64,000 nt of DNA from Macrostomum lignano (Eukaryota): contig NIVC01000506.1 of the NCBI GenBank assembly GCA_002269645.1, forward strand, positions 1 through 64,000, written 5' to 3'. The notes below the pieces were generated by a model, which ran no database searches, had not been told where the DNA came from, and saw nothing but the letters and a program-made list of their open reading frames with translations. Positions within the stretch are counted from its first letter, which is position 1. The number at the start of each line of letters is the position of its first letter. This document shows, piece after piece, positions 25,709 to 37,700 of the stretch. A program made the translations under genes and the position numbers.

Positions 25709-28700
25709 CGGGTCACGGGGCACCAGTCACACCGGACTCTGCAGCACCACTTGAATCGGCAGTCGCATTTCTCCGCCGTGGTGAACAACCGAGATTCGAA
25801 CCCGCGACCGCAGCAGAGGCTCAGGCAGCTGTGCGGGCCGCCGTTGGGCCGGTCCAGCCAGCACCGCCGGCCCCGAGTGCCTGGCAGTCCCCGGTTCGAA
25901 TCCGGCAGGCAGTAGTCGGGCGACTCGGTCAGGAACACCAGGCCGGCGCCGTCGGGCTTCCGGCTGCCGCGTCGGCGACCCCGCAGGCGACGCAATTTGG
26001 TGCCGCGGCGGGCGTCAAGGCGGACGCGCTCGGCCGCGGTGTACAGAGTCAGCAGGCGGTCGCCTGTGCGGCTGAACTGGCCGAGCTGCTGCCAGCAGGT
26101 GCGCAGAGAGCAGCTGCCGGAGAGCCCGTGGCATTTGCAGGCCACCTCAGCGGCGTTGAACACGGCCTGCAGTGGGCGGCGGGGAGAGCTGGGTGGGTGG
26201 CCCGCTTGCCAGTGGCCTGCTCGGTGTGGGACTGGCTTGGGAGAGGACGTTGGACAGAGGAACAGTCTGTCAGGACACCAGTCTGTCAGGACACCAGTCT
26301 GTGAGGACACCAGTCTGTGAGGACACCAGTCTGTGAGGACATCAGTCTGTCAGGGGACCAGTCTGTCAGGACACCAGTCTGTGAGGACACCAGTCTGTGA
26401 GGACACCAGTCTGTCAGGACACCAGTCTGTCAGGACACCAGTCTGTCAGGACACCAGTCTGTCAGGACACCAGTCTGTCAGGACACCAGTCTGTCAGGAC
26501 AGTAGTCTGTCAGGACACCAGTCTGTCAGGACACCAGTCTGTGAGGACATCAGTCTGTCAGGACACCAGTCTGTCAGGACACCAGTCTGTCAGGACACCA
26601 GTCTGTCAGGACACCAGTCTGTCAGGACACCAGTATGTCAGGACACCAGTCTGTCAGGACACCAGTCTGTCAGGACACCAGTCTGTCAGGACACCAGTCT
26701 GTCAGGACACCAGTCTATCAGGGGACCAGTCTGTCAGGGGACCAGTCTATCAGGGGACCAGTCTGTCAGGACACCAGTCTATCAGGGGACCAGTCTGTCA
26801 GGGGACCAGTCTATCAGGGGACCAGTCTGTCAGGGGACCAGTCTGTCAGGGGACCAGTCTATCAGGACACCAGTCTGTCAGGACACCAGTCTGTCAGGGG
26901 ACCAGTCTGTCAGGACACCAGTCTGTCAGGACACCAGTCTGTCAGGACACCAGTCTGTCAGGGGACCAGTCTGTCAGGACACCAGTCTGTCAGGACACCA
27001 GTCTGTCAGGACACCAGTCTGTCAGGACAGTAGTCTGTCAGGACACCAGTCAGGGGACCAGTCTGTGAGGACATCAGTCTGTCAGGACACCAGTCTGTCA
27101 GGCAGCCTACCCTCCTGCCGGCCTCATTATTGTGGAGGTTCATCAGCGCCCTGGCAAGACGGTCGCTCCGTCGCGGATGGCTGCCTTCAGTCTCGCGAGC
27201 GTCCACAAAAGTGCGCGCGAACGTGTAGCCAAACAGCAGGTCATCGCCGCAGCCGCCCCAGAGCCAGTCCCTGGGCAGGTTGTTCGGTCTCAGGGCCGTT
27301 GAGCAGCCGCAGGCGGCACCGGCTGGCCGACTGCCGTCCCGGCCGGCCTCGTCGCTGTCGACGGCGGCTTGGCGGCAGGCGCGGGCGACCGCGTGAGAAA
27401 CACCGGCTGCCGTGATGGCGTGGGCGAAGGCGGCCTCCCGGGTCACTGCAGCGGGAGAAGTCGCGGTGCATGCGTTTGCAAATCGTGAGAGGTCGCCTTC
27501 TAGTGAGGGGTGCAGAGTTGCATGCAGCTCAACGTCTGCACCCCGGGTTCGATTCCGTGGGCTCATCAGGGGCGATGCCCGTCTGCTTCAAACTTCTTAG
27601 TGACTATGCAAAGCTTTTTATAAGCAGTGTTTCGTTCGTAAAGGTTTGTTTCTTCCGTTGCTGCTTTCAAAACCAAAATGGGGGTCCGTAGCCCAGTGGT
27701 CTAGCGCGGTGCTCTGATTGCTCGATTCCAAGTGCAGTCACACTAGTTTGAGACAAATTGGAATCTCGGTTTGGCTCTGCTCGTGCCCAGCTTGAGGGCC
27801 AACCCCCAAGGCACAGTGAAGTGTACATGCCTAACGATAAATTAAGTCAGGGCCGCTGTACATTACTGTGTGAGTGTGTGCCTGTGCGTATGACTGGCAG
27901 TAGTGTCTCTCGCCGGTTGAGTGACAATGTCACTTAAAGTGCACCAGGGTCGCCCACAGCGTATACTAACTCTAACAAAATAAACTGCCGCTTCCACAAC
28001 AGGGGGCTCAAATTTGCTAGTCTACTTACAATAATGCGCTCGTATTAAGTAATCAACGCACATAAGTATAACAAATTATTAGCAGTAAAAGGACAATAAA
28101 AAAGAATAAAATATTGTCGTTTTGATACGCGTCATAAAATCAGAGGAGAATCACCTAAGTCTATCATGAGTATATTTGCGTCGCGGACATTGCAGCTTAT
28201 CAGAAAGTGTCATTGCCACAGTATTTTTACCAACAGCTTGAATCCATCCGATAACATTTGGTAGCCGGTGGGTTTCTCAGCACGTCCAGCTCGTACGAGT
28301 GAAGATGACGAACATCCAGATGAGAATTGCCGACAAGTGAAGAGCTGGGCTGTGCTGACGAATAGCATCTTTGCTGTGCAGCCTCCACACCTCGGCCTGT
28401 TTGCTTTGCACCAGATTCCAGCCGGTCTGCACCCGGTACTCCGGCAGGCCGAATAGTCGAGCCTCGGACTTGGTCACTGAAGCGGAACATTCGAAGGACG
28501 CCTTCCACGAGACCCACCAAGCCTCCTCCTTCTTGCTAGTGGCCCGAACTGTCAATGCGCTGCTTGAGTCGGTGCGGTTGCTGCTCAGCGCGATGCCCCT
28601 GGGGTCGCCGTCCAGCACGGAGATGCCGAAGTTGAGAGGAGAAACGCTGACCCAGTGCTGGCCAGGCTTGAACCTCTCGAGCAGGCGGAACCGGGGCACC

Positions 28701-31700
28701 AGCTCGACTGGCTCGATGCCGGAGTAGGTCACCGCGCAGCTCAGCGAGGCCGGCTCCGACTTCGGGTCGAAGTGCAGCGTCTCAGTGCTGACAGACTCGG
28801 CCGTGAACAAGGGCAGCGAGACTACTGACACGTGGTAGGTGTTCTTGATGACCCCAGCAATAATGGTGTACTTTCCAGCGTGCATCTCGGAGGTCAAGCC
28901 GACCAGATCGATGTTGCACGAATTGGGCGACACCGAGAAGAACCTGGAGCACGGAGGTCGGCCAGCACGTCCAGCGTGTTCGGAGAAGGAGCCTTCATTG
29001 CTGCAGTGGCTGCCTTCGAAGCCGACTTTAAATCGCAAATCATCGTTGCAAAACACCGGACACGACAGCGACATGCCGCGAAGGTGGGCGGGCAGCAGAA
29101 TCCACGAGGAAGTATCGTCCGTAGGCAGGAAGCAGGTATTTGCAAAAAGTCCCAGTGTTCTCAAATGGTTAGTCGAGATTGATCTTTTCGAGCGATGTGA
29201 ATGAAGGCCTTCGAGTATAGATCTGGTTTTCCCAATGTGAAACGTCAGATAGTAGGGCCACAGCTCTCCCACGACGGAAACATTGAGGCATACGTCATAA
29301 CCGCCTTCAACGTTCCAAACTGGATCCCATGAGAAACGATCATACCTATGGGTGCCGTGTAGAACGCCAGTGTCTAAGTCTAGAAAATAATTTATCAAAT
29401 TCTTAATCCTATTTGTGCTGATGGTTCCGCCGGCTCCAGCTGAGGTCATAACCACTACCGGTAGAGTCTGGCTGACAGCACCGCAGCTCCGGCTGTAGTA
29501 CACAGTCAGGGTAAGCAGGTTGCGCACCATCGGCTCCGCCTGCTTGATGACCTCAAGAACATTCTTGTGCAGAAAGTCAAGGCGGCTACGAGCCTTCATA
29601 TTTGGATAATGAACCCACCTAGCCATCGCGTAGTTCCGAGAGGTCAAATACCTGAACGCTCGGGGTGTCACAAAGCCAAGATATTCAATCCCTGGCGGCA
29701 CGGTCTCAGTAGAGACTTTGCCCAGCGCGTCAAAGTTGAAGACGAACAGGCTGGCGGACTCGAGCTCGCCCTGGTGAAAACTCAGTCTCAGTCTGAACTC
29801 CAGAGTGTGCCTGAGCGCTTGCTTAAACGGTACCTGGTTCTCCTGCGACAGAGTCAGGCGGTACATCGCATGGCTCACTCGCTCCAGCGTGAACGGTCTC
29901 AGCGGCCTGCAGTGCGTGCTGCTCGACACACCGGCATCCAGCAGAGCTTCATTGAACTTGGAGTCCGTGGACGAACACTTGAAGAGCAGTCGGACTGACT
30001 GCAGGCTCGCGTTGGCCCCCCTCGGGTCGGTGCGAAAATTGAGCGGCTGTCCCGCCATGAGCACGGAGACTTGCGGAGTGCCGCTGGGCCGCCAGTCCTC
30101 GCTAGACGGCAAGTAGTAAGTGGGCGCTTTGTGCGTCACGGACGGGTGCTGCAGCGCCGGCAGCAGGTCATCGTCAGAGAGGACTCGGTGCGCCAGAAGC
30201 CAGCAGGCGAGAAGGCAAGTCAGCGCTGTCAGGTGCAAGTCATCTGCTCTCATTCTATTTGTTGATATCACGAAAGTATTTGCCGTCTGTTTTTGATTTC
30301 AATTCCGAGCTGCTGGGCAGCGGGCAGTGTCGGGTTTGATGCCAAATTTGGGCACTGCCGAGTGCTCCCAGTCGCAAAGTATAGAAAAAATGCTGGTTGC
30401 CACAGACAGTTTTAGCTGCGGAGTGAAATTTTAAGCGTAAAATGTGAGCTCACGGAATTAATTAGAATAGAAAATAAGAGGTGTACACAAAATATCGCGC
30501 ATGCATCCAGTGGTGCTGCGAGTTTTACTTGTCTTTGAACAATCTTGACTTGGTCAGCCTTGGGAGTTGCATTGTTCTATAGATATTTGCATTGCTTCAC
30601 GTAAGGCAATAACTGCGGTTGTTTAACGCTGCTGACTCGGTCATAGACAGTTGTGGGCGTAATTTATTTAACAAAGCAACGGTAAAATAATAAACGCGAT
30701 AACAGTTTTGAGTTTTTTCATTCAAAACAGTTTGAATTTTCGATGCCGGTGAACCATCACTTAGAAAAAGTAAAAGAGCAGTTTTCGAACTTGCACTCTG
30801 TGAATATAGATTCCACGGAACTCGTGACACCGATTGATCGATTGGATATCGATTGGATTGCTGCCCACGTAGCAACCGCAGGTTCAAGTGATTCGCCGTA
30901 GGTAGGCTCAATTGCCGATGCTGAAGTTGACGACGGACCAGCACTGCTTGCAGACTTCACGAGAGCCTGGCCGATGGACGATGACGCCTCCCGTACGACA
31001 TTGTCACGTTTCCGTGATAGGTAGCGTCCGTCGCACAGTTGCTTCGTTTAGCAGCCCCCAGTAATGCACATTATGTCACTAAGTACAAAACCAGAGTCCT
31101 TCAGGTCAGCAATTCGGGTCACTTGAATACTATGACTAGTATAGGTCCTCGACAGGAGACACACTTTGCTCAGTCTTTGCATAATTGAGCCGAGCCAGTT
31201 GATGCCACGCACCTGCTTTGTTGAGAAGCGAACTACAGTATCCTTGTTTGGCATTGGTCTCGGAAAAAAGGTGTCATCCTTTGTTTCCGCGGGCAGTGAC
31301 GCAGAGTACAGCAGAATCAGCTCTCTCTGCTTACCGTAGATTCTCGCCTGCTTATTGACGAATGATTTAGCTTTATTTGGATCGGCGCTCTGGTTTTTCG
31401 TTGGCAGAGTCGGTAGCTCCAGATAGGGATGCCCATCAGAATCTACTTTGTCCACGAGAAGATCTCTCCTTCGTAGACTTTTTAGGTGTTCTTGGCCGCG
31501 CAATCTCAATGGTGTCTGTCTGTCTGTTATCGTCTAAATAGTACACACAGGCTCTTACAAGCTTCGATCTGACCAAGAAAAAACTTGTCTTTGGCCTCAA
31601 GCAACCGAAATTTCTCGTCTTTTTAGCGTTGAACAATCAGACTCGCTTTATAGTTGAACAATGATGGATTTTCAACGCTGATCAAAAGAGTACATCTATG

Positions 31701-34700
31701 AGACAATGTTGATGCGTATGTGGTTTGATCATAGACAATGATTAAGTTGTCTATACATTGCAGAGACTTTTTGATCCGACTGTAGAGCGTTACTTCCTGA
31801 TTTTTCGATTTTCTTGAAACTTTCGCAATATACCTAGCTGTTACCTGATATTCAGTCATAACTTATTCCAGGAAATTTTTTTGCAAACAGTCCCGGTTAA
31901 AAGGGATTTAGGGCAAAATGGTGAATTTACGACAGAAACGACAGTGGCACGACAAGCACGACAGTGATACGACAGAAACTATACGACAGTCATCACTGTC
32001 GTATGGCTGTACGACAGTTTACGACAGAGCTTTACGACAGTAAACCGAGACCTTGACCCACGAAACTTGTGTACGACAAGTAACGACAGTGGTCTGGGTC
32101 AATGACTAAGGACCTGGACCCACCTTGACCCACGACAGTGTCATACGACAATGTACGACAGTGATTTACGACAGTGCCCAAACACACCCCCACCCCTCCT
32201 CCCATACGACAGTGTCATACGACAGTGTACGACAGTGATTTACGACAGTGCCCAAACACACCCCCAATGGCATCTTAAGTGATAGTGATCTGAATTGTAC
32301 GAGCCGTAACTCCACCGAAGCCGGTCCCAAGCCCGGTTGTAAAAGGAGGAGGGGATTCCTGACAGCATGCTGCAAAATTTGTGCACCATGTGGTGGGATA
32401 CAATTTTCACACCGTAAACGTCTGGTACATAAATTCGTTATGGGGGAGAGAAGTACGGAACATGGGTAGGGTGTGCTGGGTCGTTATGGAAGTCTTTTAT
32501 AGTTCTTTTAAGGTTTCCTAGTGCTTTCTGTATGTAAATTGCAATGGAGGACTCCTCTGCGACAAATGTAAATTTAAAAGGGCAGTCAGTTAATTCAACG
32601 TTAAGTAGATCTACTTAGAAGTAAGGCAGCATAAGTGGCTCATTAGTTACTTTCTTTTTACCATGAAATGTTCATTGTTTTTACCAGCTTTGGGGAGAAA
32701 GCAGCCAATAGTTAGTCCATTCAATTTGTGTAAACGTAAGTTGTCTTTCAATTTTTTTCTAAACTTTTGTCATCCGTGATTAATAATTCATTGAACGGCC
32801 AATTAATATTTTCGCCTAAGTCATTCGTTTGGACCACGGTGGCAACTGTCTGCTGTGGGCAATTAAGCCCAAGCAGAGTCAATTTATTTTGAGCATTTGC
32901 ATGCTATAGAGTATTCGCAAGGTTCAGGTCTCGCATCTCAATTCTTTATGCTTGGCGGCACAGCTGCAAAATAAAAAGAGGTAACACAACGGACCAATAC
33001 CGGAGCTAGTTGCTCACGGCACATAATATCTAACACAACCATAAGGACATTGTGTTCGTTTATTGTGTTCCATCAAGAAACACAACAGTGTTTTTAGTAT
33101 GCATGGCGCTTTAGTGGCGGCAAAGTGGTGCGAAACTCTTATTGTCAGAGATTTAAGCATTTAGAAATCGATATTTGCGTGGGGTGGAGTTGCGCCTGAT
33201 AAACAAGAAGCGTGCAAGCTGATTGGCTGCAGAGCGACGGGGCAGGCATTGTACACTTGAGAGTCAGAGAGTTAAACGGTGTACGGCCAACAGTTACAAA
33301 TAGGAATGAAATGTTGTGTATTACGCATATGCTGTCACCCATTACAGCCTACGACACGCAATAATCATGGATGATCCCAATGACGTTGACGGGCTGCGGG
33401 ATTTCCAGCGTCGCGTTCGCAAGGCTATGGAGGCCAAGGCCCGAGTCGTTAAGCGGACTCGTCTCAGTCTGGAGCAGAGCATCAACGTGGTCACCAACGC
33501 TGCCGCTCTTATGGCGCCGCCGTTGACAGCGACGGCTGGCAACGTTCCTCACACTGTTGACAGTGCCGCCAGTTCTCTACAGGCTGACGCACCCTTTGTT
33601 CAGGTGATTTGGGATCCATTATACTGTTTTTCATCTTTTTGAGTTGATCATGACCGCAAGTACATTCGATCATGACCGTGTATTCGAATACCGTGCGTAC
33701 CCCCTAATTAGTAGCCCGTGCATTTTATTCAGTTCAAATCATCCATATGCCAATATTTGGCATGGCAATATGACAATGTTGCAATGAAAAAAGCTTTAAA
33801 CACAGTCCGATTCCGATACAGTTAATTTTTGTTCATTTATGTGCATACCTTTTAGTGCTCTGCACTGCAATGTATTATACATATTGAAAGTATATACAAC
33901 CGGCCTTCCTATCAGTAATTTACGAGGGCAGCCAACCAGCCAGCCAGGCATGACTGTCCTGATATGCCGTGAAAATTACATTATTAACTATTTTAGTATG
34001 GCACTGTCGTAGGGCACTGTCGTAGACTGTCGTACAGTACTGTCGTATGGTCACTGTCGTAGGGCAGTGTCGTACTCTGTCGTAGGGTACTGTTGTATGG
34101 TCACTGTCGTAGGGCACTGTCGTATACTGTCGTACTCTGTCGTAAGATCTAGGTGGGTCAAGGTGGTTGACCTAACAAAGTTGGGATGCGGCACTGCCGT
34201 ATTATGTCGTAAAAACGCCTGTCGTATGCTGACGAGGACTGTCGTAAAAGCTCTGTTGTATGGCTCTGTCGTACGACTGTTGTTTTTTTCAAACGGGAGT
34301 AATATTTAATTCGCTCATCACATTATCTGCCTGTACTGGATAAATTTTTCCGGTTATTCGCTACACGGTTTTAGCTGATTCTTTCTTCTTTCACTTGATT
34401 TGTTTGTCTCTTTGCAACTGCATCGTGAGCGTGGCGAATAGTTTTGAATTTAAAAAAGACAATTAAGCGTGCACACCTACTAAGACATCATTTGTTCCTT
34501 TATTCTGCAGACTGCTCCATATTTTATGCTCACACTAGTATCCTTTCACGCTCTCCATCGGTTAAATCTCTTCATATAAAAATCAAAACTCTGTCTGTGT
34601 GTCTGTGTGTGTACAATTTTGATCGCTATGGACTCCCAAACTGCTCAGCCAAATAACACCAAATTTTGCACCCACCCTAAAATCACTACGAACTCACGGA

Positions 34701-37700
34701 GAACGTCTTAGGCTACCATTAAATATCAATTTGAGTCTTCCTACCTAAAAGTGCAAAAAAGCGCGATTTTTTCACTAAATCCTCCATAGCGCCGCTCCAC
34801 TTCTACTGATCCTCTTTAAATTTCACACAATCAATCTTCAACTATTTTGACACAATCGTGTAAAATTTTGAGTCTTAAAGTTGATTCCGAACGGCGCTGT
34901 GCACTTTTAAAGTTAGGCTGTTTTTGTCAGCCTCTCTTTCCCGATCTGGGCGGCCCAGATGTGTAAAAAGGTTTCAAAATTAACTAACTTCGGCTGCCAT
35001 AAGTTTGCTCTACGTAAAGCGATTCACTTCAAACTTGACACAATTCTTCATTGACTCATTCCCTGTCGAAATGTAAAGTTTCAACTCTGTACCCCAATCA
35101 TAACAGAAACTGTAAGCATGCGAAGTTTTTCTGCTTTTTCTGTTGTATGTGCCACTCACTCACTCATTCGAGTCATTCCCCCAGAGCCAGACCAAGGGTC
35201 AGGCGATAGGGCTGAATGTACATAGCAAATGTACAGTGTTTTGGAATAACTTTTTTAAAGCCTTCTATGCACCCACGTGGAGAGGCTACGTTTAGCCACC
35301 ATAAACATTTTAAGTTTCTCTTCAATCAAGGTTACTTTAAAATTTAAATGGCCTTCTAAGAAATGCGTATTTCCTTGGTTGTTTGTTTGCAGTGGAGCTG
35401 AAGATACACAAATTCCTTTCAGGGTCGCAAATTGGCAAGAAAGATGACATTATCAAAGCATGAGAACAACGATGAGAGTAGTACGTCCCACAAACTGGTC
35501 TTCCAAGCAGGGATGGGCAGAATTTTACCTCAAAGGCCAGATAAAGAATCCAGCTCTTGGCTGAGGGGCAGATGAGAGTGGAAAGAAGGAATAGACTATT
35601 CAAAAAGAGAGGAGAGGCGAGAGAGGGGGTAAGAGATAAGATAAAAGATAATAGGAGAGATGAGGGAGTGAGAACGATGAGAGAGAGAGAGGGGAGAAAA
35701 GGGAGGAGAACAGGAGAGAGGAGAAGTGAGATGAGAGAGGATAGAGTAGAGAGGAGCGAGTTAAGAGGAGAGAGAAGAGAGTAGAGATGGGGGAGCAGAA
35801 AGCTGCAGATGAGAGGAGAGAGCTGAGGAGACAGGAGAGAGGAAAGAGATGAAAGGAGAGATGAGAAAGTAAAGGGAAGAGAGAAGAGATAAGGTTGTAG
35901 AGATGAGAGAGGTGTAAGGAGAGATAAGAAAAGAGAGATGAGAGATAAAGGAGGAGAGTGGAGAGTGAAGAGAGAAGAGATGAGACAAGAAAGGGAGAGA
36001 AGAAAGGAGAAAGGAATGTGAGGAGTCAAAAGAGGGGAAGAAAAGAGTACAGAGGAGAAAGGTGAGAAAATAGATGACAAATGAAAAGAGGGAGGGGGAT
36101 GAGAGAGCAGAGACAAGAGTGAACAGACGAGAGATGGGAGAGTAGAGAGAACAAAGGAGAGATAAGAGAGAAAAGGAGAGAGTTGAGAGAGGGGAGAGTG
36201 AGAATGAGAAGAGGGGAGAAAAAAGAGAGAGTAGAGAGCAGAGGAGAAAGGAGAGACGAGAGAGCAGACCAGAGAGAAGAGAGGAGAGAGAAAAGAATAG
36301 AGAGGAGTAGGAAGATACGAGAGGAGAGAGGAGAGAGGAAAAAAGAGACGAGATGAGAGGAGAGACGAGGGACGAGAGAGGAGAGATAGGAAACAGAAGA
36401 GAAGATAGAAGTTTCAAAGGATCCAAGGGACGTAGGGAGAGTCAGAGCAGAGGCCAGAGTTTGCCAATACATGTTTTAGAGTCAGGCAGACATTGCCTGA
36501 CATTCTGCGCAGCACCCCAGCCAACAATATCAAATGTTTGCCTCAAATCCTAATTTTACACGATTGTACTCCATTTTATGTTTACCTCTATCCTACTAAC
36601 TATTAACAAGTCTTTGTTTGAGTATGGCCTCAGATTTCAGAATACATGAAAATTAGTTCCGGGTATTGGAATTCCGGGTTTCAACAGCTTGTCTTACCTA
36701 TAACTACCTACTAATAGTTCCATAGTAGGCCTCAATTGAAGTTGAAAATTAGGTTGCTAAATCAGGCCCTACTCAAGAATCCTCGACTCCCTCGTACCCC
36801 CTGTCCTGGTCCGAAAGAGTAGTTGAACCTCAGTGCATCTTGAAAGCGACAAGCCACAGGACAGAACCAATGCTAAAAGATTTGTTGTCCAAACTTGAAA
36901 GGGAAAGTGCAAGCCTTCACTGACCATGTTTCACGAAGAGGGTTGCCCGGAGGGGAGAAATTTAGAAAATGGGATTCAATGTGAATTCAAGGCTCTCAAA
37001 CTGAAGCGGTGCCCGATTGAGCGGTGGCTATCGAATCCCACTGGGTTGAGCATGTTCGCTGAAGGCCTTCCTTTTGCGTTTCATGTCTGAAAACAAATTT
37101 TTGGCTTTGTTTTCGTTCTTCGACTTATTCGCTTCCAAAATCCGCTCAAGTTCTCTAATCAGCCTCATAAAGAACCCCAAAACCACAGATTTAAAACCCG
37201 TCTGGCCGAGTACTGGCTAAAACTAATATTTTCGAGTACTACACGTACCCGAACCTTCAAAAAGTTTTGCGGTATGAGCCATAGGAAAATGCTCATAGGA
37301 TTAGGAATGAGAATTAGGCTGGGCATATGGTCGTGTCACCTGGTCGTTTCACCTGGTCGTGTCACCTGGTTGTGTCACCTGGTTGTGTCACCTGGTCATG
37401 TCACCTGGTCGTGTCACCTGGTCGTGTCACCTGGTCGTGTCACCTGACAGAGGCTGGACGGCAACGAGAGGCCCCAACGTTGCGGACGCTGGCCTTGGTC
37501 TAAGGCAACCAACGTAGCTCGGCTCACACCGTCAGCAGCATCAATGATCTCAGCAGCACGAACATCGACAATCAGCAGATCAGCTCAGGACAGCAGGACC
37601 TGTGCATCAGGAGACCGGAAGTTCATTGTGCTGGCCACGCCTAATGGGATGCACAAGCGAAAATCGGAAAAGTTCAGCCTGCTGATGTCGGTTTGCACTG

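Noticed and set aside
24934-27415. 456-aa and 360-aa plus-strand ORFs
   Set aside because: They consist of satellite translation plus the antisense of GC-rich wnt5 exons.
35337-36472. Leu/Ser/Phe-rich 'membrane protein' ORFs (also 60092-61161 and 19370-19915)
   Set aside because: They come from CT/GA low-complexity tracts, are open in several frames and have no domain motifs.
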